This document shows positions 29,101 to 36,690 of a stretch of DNA of 64,000 bases, in pieces. The stretch's first letter is position 1, and the number at the start of each line of letters is the position of its first letter. The stretch lies in NCBI GenBank assembly GCA_000002435.2, contig CM018793.1; one strand, 5' to 3'. Below the pieces are notes generated by a model, which saw nothing but the letters and a program-made list of their open reading frames with translations, made no database searches and was not told the DNA's origin. Source of the stretch: Giardia intestinalis. Lineage: Eukaryota. Both the position numbers and the translations under genes were made by a program.

Positions 29101-31144
29101 TGGTAGCCTCCAATCTTTTATATTGCTCATCAAGCTCTTCGAGTTCTTCTTCCAAATCACGCTTTTCCTGCATTAGAGTGTTGGCCTTTTTCACCGCAAA
29201 GTTGACCTGCGATTCTAATTGCGAGCACTTCTCCTTCAACACTAAGACAGTCTTTACCTTCCCTGTCTTATTATCTCCATCTGGTAACTCTGCAAAAGAC
29301 TGGGTAGATGTGGATGGAGGATCTTCTAAGAACCTTTCTCCTTCGGTTATATGATGCCCTGAACTCGTGAGGTCACAGACATCCAAGTCAGATTCACGGA
29401 TCCGCACCAAGGGGCGAATGGGTCTTGCGTTTTTTTCCTGCTGTGAAGATTGACTGACATCAATGCTTGAAATATGCCGGTCTGGAGACTTCATATTGAA
29501 TAGTTCCTGCATTCGCAGGTGTGTCTCCTCAAGCTGGTTGATTCTATTCTCCTGAATGGCGTACTTGCGGACAAGCTCGTCATATTGCCTCCGTAAATCT
29601 TCATGTGTGTCTTGTAATGCTTTGTAGGCAGTTTCGATCTGCTCAATCTCTCGGACCGCGTTGATTTTTTCTGTTTCCAGCATGGCCAGCTGCTGAGCAA
29701 GCTCTGCCATCTGAGTTTCTGAAAGCTCGACCTTTGGGTCTCGTTGTAATGCCGGTCCTGTGTCTTTGCCTGTAGTTGGACTAACAGTGAGAGGAACGGG
29801 CTTCTTTGGGGTGTCTGCCATAGCCTGCCGATAGGCTGGAGAGATACTTTTGGAATCACCATAATCGACACCCCCACGAGAAACCGGAGACACAGCAGAA
29901 GACGTTCGGGTTATATCCACAGCAGCAGGATCTCCCGGATTATTCATCATGACCTGAATCTCTGTTCTTGGCGGGCAGACCTGGCTTTCCTCAGCTGCTA
30001 GTTCGTCAAAGAAGTCTGTCGCCCTGAAGTTACTCGCTGTTCCAGCGTCTATAGTTAGCTCCGTGAGGTTGATTGGTTGGTGATTCTTCGCTCTTCCCCC
30101 ACGAGTAGATTGCAAAGTGCTTGCTGCATTGATTGGTTTTTCAGTCATCCCAAATGTTATGCTTTCTGGTGTGATCGATGAAACGTCTAGGCGTACCTTA
30201 AGGGGAACTTTCTTTGGCACACTCTCCTTGTTCTCTTCGTCCTGGCCGCCTGGACACTTGCCAGTATTTTCAGAATAAACTCTATCCAATTCTGCAGCCA
30301 AGATCTGGTTTTCTTCATAGAGCTCCTGGTTTAGCTTGATAAGCTCAGAGAGTTTCTGGGACATTGCAGGTTCCAAGTCTTCTGTGCCAACTCCTTCATT
30401 GACCCTGACTTTAGGACTATCCTGAGACTCGTGGTGGGAGTCTGTTTGAAGGCCGTTGCGTCTGAGTTCTTCTAGAGCTGCAGCAAGGTCGTTTCTCTCA
30501 TGTGTCAATGCGTCTATTTCTGCAGCATAGTTTTCCTTAGTAAGTAGTAGCGCCTTATAGTTTTCTATCTTGTTAGCGAGTATCTGGAGGTGAGCATCTG
30601 CTTCTAAGTGCTTCTCTCTCTCCTGCTCAAGCTCCTTCAGACGCTCAGTAATGCTATCTTTCTCTAAAATAAGAACTTTATTCTCTTCTCGGAGAGCCTC
30701 TAGTTCGCGTTGGAAGCCAGCATTAAGATTTGTAATTGACTGAGGAAGTGTTGTTCCACCTATATAACTAGGAGCAAACACGGGCTCACCTGCATAAGAA
30801 TCATCTATGTGTGCTACAGTATTTGTCCTTATCAACTCTTCTGGGGCCAGGTCCCGACCTAAATTCAATTGCTGCTCCAAGAAATTACATCGGTCTCTCA
30901 CTAGAAAATACTCCCTTTCAAGGGCTCTATACTTCTCATCATGAGGCTTCTTGATGCTAGATACCAGGTCGTGGGCGTCCACTTCCGTAAATCCCTTTCT
31001 AACGAGAACCTTAATGGCATTATCGATAGCACCTTGAATTTTGACATCCTGGCGAACAGAGATGTTCATGCTAAGCCCTGGCCTGGAGGTGCTATCCATC
31101 ATGGGCTGCGGGGCGAAACTGACCGTTTTGCCCGAGTTGGCCAT
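26102..31144 (-). CDS. large coiled-coil protein (1,680 aa)
   Basis: ATG at 31144. Heptad-rich sequence runs through most of the length (LEALREENKVLILEKDSITERLKELEQEREKHLEADAHLQ...), typical of Giardia cytoskeletal coiled-coil proteins. Confidence 0.8.
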   Translation of the reverse strand: MANSGKTVSFAPQPMMDSTSRPGLSMNISVRQDVKIQGAIDNAIKVLVRKGFTEVDAHDLVSSIKKPHDEKYRALEREYFLVRDRCNFLEQQLNLGRDLAPEELIRTNTVAHIDDSYAGEPVFAPSYIGGTTLPQSITNLNAGFQRELEALREENKVLILEKDSITERLKELEQEREKHLEADAHLQILANKIENYKALLLTKENYAAEIDALTHERNDLAAALEELRRNGLQTDSHHESQDSPKVRVNEGVGTEDLEPAMSQKLSELIKLNQELYEENQILAAELDRVYSENTGKCPGGQDEENKESVPKKVPLKVRLDVSSITPESITFGMTEKPINAASTLQSTRGGRAKNHQPINLTELTIDAGTASNFRATDFFDELAAEESQVCPPRTEIQVMMNNPGDPAAVDITRTSSAVSPVSRGGVDYGDSKSISPAYRQAMADTPKKPVPLTVSPTTGKDTGPALQRDPKVELSETQMAELAQQLAMLETEKINAVREIEQIETAYKALQDTHEDLRRQYDELVRKYAIQENRINQLEETHLRMQELFNMKSPDRHISSIDVSQSSQQEKNARPIRPLVRIRESDLDVCDLTSSGHHITEGERFLEDPPSTSTQSFAELPDGDNKTGKVKTVLVLKEKCSQLESQVNFAVKKANTLMQEKRDLEEELEELDEQYKRLEATNKELIAEIDRLKTLLDKAQAEVLLFRTTNDGIRKQLKELLVNSAYSTTSASKEVARTMTNTTPLTTLLVEETRDLGEAVHNNSPGKVFAEDDVNKMVTELGVELVALRGEADKHQEAATVFANEIRSLQARIDSLYAESAAKDHTLNQKTEEIKALSGKVVELQAEIDRLNVCIAKLHTQTAELDTVNATNRELTEQIRQLTAQLDRSKINQTDNNNQQNEMKQATELPVPKRRSVSMETEKVATNDVSLLVSNNVTSVPTTLAGVDLLEKSTVSRCPDCSTNREIIDRLITQNDQAAVQISELQEQLSSMASTTDMCALLQKENRDYAASNQHLTLQLAEVEQAYKHTTELISKYENQIRHLKEEMSSMEKPLPVASTAMLHRPVVPTEERWTQPNQLVTVTQGVQVDTQPFVSTFSEKESGGEDPAASSASLTIDRFLESIAKTNRILGLEQEPVTIVDDVKNSTTTLARLIDQHTARMEKRLNEYAKLVNLQAQCSKDDQQVRISEQAFSVESAQLNPTNYPCKTGLSLDVIATLQNELRLISDHVRTNNENISSVARTTELAFNRVRKALATRTPEQSQKQDAHTENAASPELLLYADLLQALLENIVRLNSRLDTMEQDRQSLIVDLALHLGLPQSTNETALKEYIRDLATAKTTIDPGVLIENIADLKKGVLETNVQLQAWEEHVREHVRAASAPIAANALAILDHDKSASLSGVKADALALQLSNIDVKQAHEQSSHHTEGTVPNTVEHILQQSTSHDIRSAHESIQQTLKSIVDATSNCNDAKQKYLEEQIEILEVENTRFKEYNASYVKKLAEQTEEITRLQSINHQLSLKIAEHNSFQEQIQMAEHTRQGITEQIRNVRSTLIEIKTCIQSDRSDGEENATAPTKESKGIEAVEEKLIELTESACNWRLKYEKANAERKEMRARARTENALRIKVEKAHKKLERNFAQLQTQLKEGAESLAWLKAATARYIEAVQQELDRINGLHLDRD

Positions 31145-31204
31145 GAGCTCTTTTGCAGTACAAAGTTAATTTACGTTGCCCTACGACCAAGCAGCCTGCC
31201 TCAA

Positions 31205-34129
31205 TCAGAGGAGTAAGTTGGTAGGGTCGTATCTAGATGCTTCTTCATGCTTCTTGATTGCCTCCGTAAAACTAGAGACAAGATGGTACCGAGCATCAAG
31301 CATTTTATAAGATCTCACCCCGGTCGATGGCAGCGGGTGCGATGCAGTCAGTCTGGAGTCCCTCTGCTCCGTGCTCAGAGTTACTACAGCATTCTCTTGA
31401 CGTTCTACCGGAAGTGCGATTACAGACTCATTCAGCTGGCCTGTACTAAATGAGATGATCTGCATACCAGCGAACATATCTGACGTAAGGTCCTCCGGGG
31501 AAAGAGGCACAGGTGGAGGTGCCGATGAACTCAGCGATCCTTCTGGGCCTTCTATTAGAATACCTTCGCATTCTTTGTTGAAGTCGCTGGGCGTGTCTGG
31601 CATTTGCATCGGTGGTAGTTGCTCGGAAAAATCAGCAGTGACTGGCCTGGTAGACTGTTCTCGCGCAAAGTGAAACGGTGAAGCTGTCTCTGAATATACA
31701 GAAACATCATTTGGGTGTCTGGGAGAAGCTACTTCAAGCGTAACTTGATTCTCGTACACAACAGACGATATCTCCTCCACGCTAGAAGACCCTGCGCCAG
31801 CCTCGCTACCTCGCTTCCCTGTTGTACTATGTCTTTCTATGATAAATTGAGTTCGCAGTTGCTGTGCTGATCTCACCCGATGTACTTGCCTCAAGATTGG
31901 TAGCTGCTTGGGACTCTGGCTCCGCTGAGGACTTCGGACAAGCGGCGAAACGATTTTTGTAACGCAATAGGTTTCGTCGGAGTCTTCACTTTGAACAGGT
32001 GCATTCTCGGTGACTGGCTCTGCAGGGGACGGCTGCTCATTGATCGGTTGACGCCTATATTTGTTAATAATCTGCCGCACTGTTGTTGGTGAATGAGTAA
32101 GCACCGTATTCAATTTCTGTACGTCCACATGAGTGTGTGACAGTTCCACCTGGGTAGAGGAATCTCTTCTGTTTGCTGTGTCTTCTTTACACATGCTATA
32201 GAACCCTCCACATGATCTGCTCATCACCAAGGGTGGCTGACATGGTTGGGCATGAAAATCAACTGGGAGGACCTGGACTCCAATCTCAGCGTAGAGGGCT
32301 CCAGATTCCATTGTAGCATCTTGCTTGTTCTTAGCTTTATACCTATGAGCATCTAAAAAGATTAACTTAGGTGTGTCTGTGCAAAGACTATTACTCTCCG
32401 GCACACCTTTAACATCTAGCTTGTCCAATTCATGAGTAGCTGCATCCTCTTGACCCTTCCAATTAATAGACGTCTCCCGTTTGCAATACGCCAGCACAAT
32501 CCTCTCAAAAACCCTCCTCTTAAGTATTATAACAACAAGCTTTTCTTTTATCAGCAGAAGGCGGGCTCTGTCACGTAAGTACTCGAACGCACCTCTAAAT
32601 ATCGTCTCAACCCGTGGATGAATGCCTCTATATGTACAATTGTAGCCTGCCTCATCATCACTTAGGCAACTAAATCTGCTCGTCCCAGAATACCTTCTGA
32701 TAAGAAACCGGGCTGTGCATAGCTTTCGCCATCTGCGGAAGGCTACTGATATTCTCAGTTGTTCATGCCACATAGTAAATGCCAAGAGTAATGAGCGCTT
32801 AGTGACGATGGAGGAAACAGCATCATAGCTCGCATACACACGAAGACGCCTAAAAAAGACATATTGCCAGCAGTCTAGAGCCCTCTGTGTTAACGCTAGA
32901 GATCTACGATGAGCAAGGTTGCGAATTGCCGCGTGAATCTTTATTATAGAGTAAAAGGATGTTGTAACTAGATAGGTGGCCCGGAGAGATACGCAGGAGT
33001 TCTCGCAGGCTGAGAGATGTCTGGTCTTGCAGCACATACTGCGAAGTGATACCCTACGCAAGAGCGAACAATGGTGCAGCGCTGCCTGTGCACACGCTCC
33101 CACCAGTTCACGATAAGCAAAGATCAGCCCGTGGCAGAGGCATCGCCGCATCACTATCGTTCGGTAGTGCAAGGAGGCCTGCATACTCAGTGTACTTATC
33201 AGCAAAGCCTTGGATTGAAAGCTCTTAAAACTCTTCCGAAGAAGGAAAGCCTCATGCAACGCTTTACATGTTCTGAAACGGTACGCACTAGTGTATCTCT
33301 GCCGTAGGGTAAACCATGCCCAGTGAAGAAGCATCTTATTGCAGATATTCTTTGCATAAGCTAGCTTGACAGATGAGAGTGCCTCGCCCATCAACCTTTT
33401 CTTTATGGAACTCTGGAGTACCGACACTCTATCTTTTCTAGAAACGTACCACGCCTTCCAATATGTAAAATAAAGAGAGCATATCCTCCCCTTGATAACG
33501 TGTCCAAAGGAGACATGCATACCTGGAGTGGCCCTGGGCTCACAAGCGAAGTGCGCACAAATGGGGGATATTACCAAAATGTTTTCATCATCCGACAAGA
33601 TGCATCTGGATCTATTGTCAGAAGATGAGGCGGCGGATGGAGAGCGCAAGAAGGGAGAGCGTGTTCGCAAGGCTGTTTCGGGAACGTCTTCTTGACAGTC
33701 TTGTTGGCACCGTTGGCCAGATGAGTCCGCAGTGTTGTTGCTGAGCAGAGAAGTTGTAATAACAGCGGTGTCGGTACCTACATCGTTAGCAGAAAGAGAA
33801 AGAGAATTCCTCGCTAGCTGAGATAACCTGACATCTTTGCCATCATAGGTGGTAGGCATAGCAAGGGCAGACGCAGAAAGGGACAATGAATTTGCTTGAA
33901 GGTCTACCGCAGGGGCGCCTAGAGACGAAGGCAAGAAGATACCCGATGACGATGAGGACAGTGGCGAAATAGATCTAAGAGGAAGTGGGGCCGGCCTGCT
34001 TGAAATGCGAAACCGCAGCTGCATGAGAGTAGTCTCGGTGCTTGGCAAGGAACTTGGCAAGGAGCTTGCACTCAATTCTGTCGCCACAGCTGTAAAGTCG
34101 TTGGCCTCCGCTAGGGCAGAGAGAGTCAT
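31205..34129 (-). CDS. hypothetical protein with central basic/aromatic repeat region
   Basis: First ATG at 34129; the track start at 34174 is GTG. The central roughly 350 aa hold reiterated [AL]x3-7[LF]Lxx[WF]xxx[RK] segments (MLLHWAWFTLRQR; ALDCWQYVFFRRLR; LAFTMWHEQLRISVAFRRWRK; RGAFEYLRDRARLLLIKEK). The termini are S/T-rich. Confidence 0.65.
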   Translation of the reverse strand: MTLSALAEANDFTAVATELSASSLPSSLPSTETTLMQLRFRISSRPAPLPLRSISPLSSSSSGIFLPSSLGAPAVDLQANSLSLSASALAMPTTYDGKDVRLSQLARNSLSLSANDVGTDTAVITTSLLSNNTADSSGQRCQQDCQEDVPETALRTRSPFLRSPSAASSSDNRSRCILSDDENILVISPICAHFACEPRATPGMHVSFGHVIKGRICSLYFTYWKAWYVSRKDRVSVLQSSIKKRLMGEALSSVKLAYAKNICNKMLLHWAWFTLRQRYTSAYRFRTCKALHEAFLLRKSFKSFQSKALLISTLSMQASLHYRTIVMRRCLCHGLIFAYRELVGACAQAALHHCSLLRRVSLRSMCCKTRHLSACENSCVSLRATYLVTTSFYSIIKIHAAIRNLAHRRSLALTQRALDCWQYVFFRRLRVYASYDAVSSIVTKRSLLLAFTMWHEQLRISVAFRRWRKLCTARFLIRRYSGTSRFSCLSDDEAGYNCTYRGIHPRVETIFRGAFEYLRDRARLLLIKEKLVVIILKRRVFERIVLAYCKRETSINWKGQEDAATHELDKLDVKGVPESNSLCTDTPKLIFLDAHRYKAKNKQDATMESGALYAEIGVQVLPVDFHAQPCQPPLVMSRSCGGFYSMCKEDTANRRDSSTQVELSHTHVDVQKLNTVLTHSPTTVRQIINKYRRQPINEQPSPAEPVTENAPVQSEDSDETYCVTKIVSPLVRSPQRSQSPKQLPILRQVHRVRSAQQLRTQFIIERHSTTGKRGSEAGAGSSSVEEISSVVYENQVTLEVASPRHPNDVSVYSETASPFHFAREQSTRPVTADFSEQLPPMQMPDTPSDFNKECEGILIEGPEGSLSSSAPPPVPLSPEDLTSDMFAGMQIISFSTGQLNESVIALPVERQENAVVTLSTEQRDSRLTASHPLPSTGVRSYKMLDARYHLVSSFTEAIKKHEEASRYDPTNLLL

Positions 34130-34355
34130 CGGGGCTGAAATACTTTTGTGGGAAACAACGGTGTCTGCAGGCACCAGTGCAGACTGACTCTGCCCATTAA
34201 ATACAGAATGAGCATCTCCGGCGCCACGAAAGTCAGAAAAAACAGGGGAAAAGTCTCTTGGTGGCTCTCTAGGCCGTCTCTGCCGTGAAATGGCGCTGTA
34301 AAAACCGGTATGGAGAGCAGCTATGGGTTAAATTAAAGGAACAAACTAAAAAATA

Positions 34356-34811
34356 ATGACCGTGTTGGGTGGCGCCGCTCTCCCCCCGTTCGTAAGGATC
34401 GGAAAGCTAGTATCCTTAGACACAAAGACTACCTATGCCAAGCCAGACTACGACGAAGCGAAACTTCTGACATACGTTGTGACATTCCGCAATGGCATCG
34501 GAGTGAAGGTTCCTACAGACCTTAATATTAACTATGATAAGCTGGAAATAACGCTGACAGAGCCTGATAATGGGAAGAACGTCGCGACGATCCCGGCGTC
34601 CCAAATCATCCAAGCTATCCCATCTCAGAACGTGGCGAGTCAGGTGACAATACTGGTTGCAAACGTCAAAGGGCGCGAGTCTTACAAGGTCTGGGTCCCT
34701 CTCGATGAGATCCGTCGCGTCAATTACATTCTCCGTGACATCAACAAGATGGTGGAGCTCTATCGCGACCTGTTGGAAGAAAACGCAAATCCATTCATGA
34801 CAGCGTACTAG
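34356..34811 (+). CDS. hypothetical small protein (151 aa)
   Basis: Clean ATG at 34356 preceded by an A-rich initiator (aaaaataATG). Compact globular composition. No motif recognised. Confidence 0.5.
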   Translation: MTVLGGAALPPFVRIGKLVSLDTKTTYAKPDYDEAKLLTYVVTFRNGIGVKVPTDLNINYDKLEITLTEPDNGKNVATIPASQIIQAIPSQNVASQVTILVANVKGRESYKVWVPLDEIRRVNYILRDINKMVELYRDLLEENANPFMTAY

Positions 34812-34955
34812 GCTCGTACTATCTAAGGGCAGCCTTGCATGCCGAGGCCTAGCAAAGGTGTAAACTCATCCGTGTCATGCTGTTCATAGTTCACTCGATC
34901 ACTCCTTAATTATCTGAAACCGATACCTTCAGTCGCTGATCGGTAGGCGCCAACA

Positions 34956-35477
34956 TCACTGCTGCACGCAAATGTTCCCACCATTGCTGCCGCTGAAGTT
35001 GAGAATTAGGGCAATGATAAGACCATAGAGGGCCAGAGCCTCGCCAAAGACGAGGGTCAAGAGCATGACAACAAAGAGCTTGGGCTTTCGCGCCACAGCA
35101 CGGACACCAGCGTTACCAGTCACCCCAATGGCTATCCCAGCTGCAAGCGCAGACAGACCCGTGCAGAGCCCGGCTGCAAGGTGAGCAAAGCTGCGGAAGA
35201 GAGGAACCTCAGTCCCAAGACTGCTGAGGCTTGTATTGGTGACTATAGCGTTGATGAGCCCATAAATCCCAAGGATACCTGCCATGATGACCGGAAGAGT
35301 ATTCTTCATGGCTGCGCTGGGCTTCATGACCCCAGAGGCCACAACTCCTTTCCCAGATTTCGCGGTGCCATATGCGCTTCCAAGACACGAAAACGCAAGA
35401 CCGCAGGCTATCCCCAGGTACGAATAGAAGACAGATGTGTAGGGGCAGGCCTCGAGATTCCTGGATGTTGTCGACAT
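34956..35477 (-). CDS. V-type H+-ATPase proteolipid subunit (paralog of the gene at 11117..11650)
   Basis: GSAYGTAKSGKG signature is present. The TM4 glutamate lies in LTLVFGEALALYGLIIALIL. The fold is four TM helices. Confidence 0.9.
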   Translation of the reverse strand: MSTTSRNLEACPYTSVFYSYLGIACGLAFSCLGSAYGTAKSGKGVVASGVMKPSAAMKNTLPVIMAGILGIYGLINAIVTNTSLSSLGTEVPLFRSFAHLAAGLCTGLSALAAGIAIGVTGNAGVRAVARKPKLFVVMLLTLVFGEALALYGLIIALILNFSGSNGGNICVQQ

Positions 35478-35554
35478 CGACTTTTAATTTTCCACCTTTC
35501 CACTATGCGTTGTCACATATTCCATTTTACGATGCGTAACTGGTGCTTGGCAAA

Positions 35555-36649
35555 ATGACAGAATCCGCAGCCTCGGAGGCGGTCGCTCAATCCCCACAAA
35601 GGGAGGCGCCCCCGGCTCAGCCCAGCGCGGGGGTGGACTACTCTATGGAGGTGGAGGTCAATCAGGCCTTTGCAAATGCACAAGCAGAGCAACAGCAGCA
35701 GCAGATTCAAATGGACGAACTGCCTGAAAAGAAGTTCAGCCACTGGGATAACCTCCCTATTCTTTTACGGCGCACCCTAATGGATTCGGGAAATGTGCTT
35801 TGGTCCGAAGCCGTCAAAGCACTTACCAGGGCAGCGAAGCTGCCGCCCCTCTACCAACCGATGCACTCATATGCCAAGACGGCCAACCTGGGCTCACTTG
35901 TTAACATTCCAAAGCCCAACAACGAAATAAATAAGCGCATCTGCGTGGTTCAGGGCGATCTGACGGCTCTACGGACCGAGGCCTATATAGTCCCGGTGTC
36001 CCCCTCCCTCTCGGGCGCAGATGGAAGCGAGGTGAACGCTTTGGTTCATGCTAAGGCAGGACCGCAGCTTCACACGGAGTTGAAGCGAGTGGGAGCCACA
36101 TTGCGTACCGGAGAAGCGTGCTTGACCCGGGCATACAACGTAGGCGCCGATGACCCCGATGAGGAGACAGGGCTCCTTTATCCTATGTTCTTGCTGCACA
36201 CGCTCACTCCAAAGACAGAGGACGCGGCAGCATTAAAGTCTTGCTATGAAAGAACTCTTTACATAGCTCTGTCCGAAGAGCTGCGGACCATCGCCACGCC
36301 CATTCTTGCTGGGGTTCCGTATCCCCGTGCTGGAACGGAGTACTATCCGTTAGTTGGCAGCATTCACGTCATGCTCTCTGTTCTCCGGTCTTGGCTAGAT
36401 CGGCAGGATGTAAGAGATAGGGTCGATCTCTTCATAATCTGTTGTGCAACTGACAGGGAGACCCATATTCTTCAGGAGCTTATGCCCTTATACTTTCCGC
36501 GTGACTATGAGGCAGAGGAGGATGACATATTGAACGACCCACCTCCACCGCCTGTTGAGGAAGCTCCTCCTCCTCCACAGGGTAAAAAGTCCCGGAAGAA
36601 TAGCAAACAGGGAAGTCGCAAGAGTTCAAAGAGTAAGAAGAAACGGTAA
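35555..36649 (+). CDS. Macro-domain protein with lysine-rich C-terminal tail
   Basis: First ATG at 35555; the track start at 35543 is GTG. The core ICVVQGDLTALRTEAYIVPVSPSLSGADGSEVNALVHAKAGPQLHTELKR...LRTGEACLTRAYNVGA...LLHTLTPK aligns to the Macro consensus (IxGDIT...DAIVNAAN..LxGGGGVDGAIHxAAGxxL...TGxAxxT.GYxLxAKxVIHTVGP). The Gly-rich diphosphate loop is replaced by SGADGSEV. C-terminus is PPPPVEEAPPPPQGKKSRKNSKQGSRKSSKSKKKR. Confidence 0.75.
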   Translation: MTESAASEAVAQSPQREAPPAQPSAGVDYSMEVEVNQAFANAQAEQQQQQIQMDELPEKKFSHWDNLPILLRRTLMDSGNVLWSEAVKALTRAAKLPPLYQPMHSYAKTANLGSLVNIPKPNNEINKRICVVQGDLTALRTEAYIVPVSPSLSGADGSEVNALVHAKAGPQLHTELKRVGATLRTGEACLTRAYNVGADDPDEETGLLYPMFLLHTLTPKTEDAAALKSCYERTLYIALSEELRTIATPILAGVPYPRAGTEYYPLVGSIHVMLSVLRSWLDRQDVRDRVDLFIICCATDRETHILQELMPLYFPRDYEAEEDDILNDPPPPPVEEAPPPPQGKKSRKNSKQGSRKSSKSKKKR

Positions 36650-36655
36650 TTACCT

Positions 36656-36662
36656 AGTAAAT
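36656..36662 (+). promoter_or_regulatory. putative polyadenylation signal AGTAAAT after the Macro-domain gene
   Basis: AGTRAAY consensus 7 nt after the TAA stop. Confidence 0.5.
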
Positions 36663-36690
36663 ATCAGTACTTACACCGCTCAAGCTCTGC

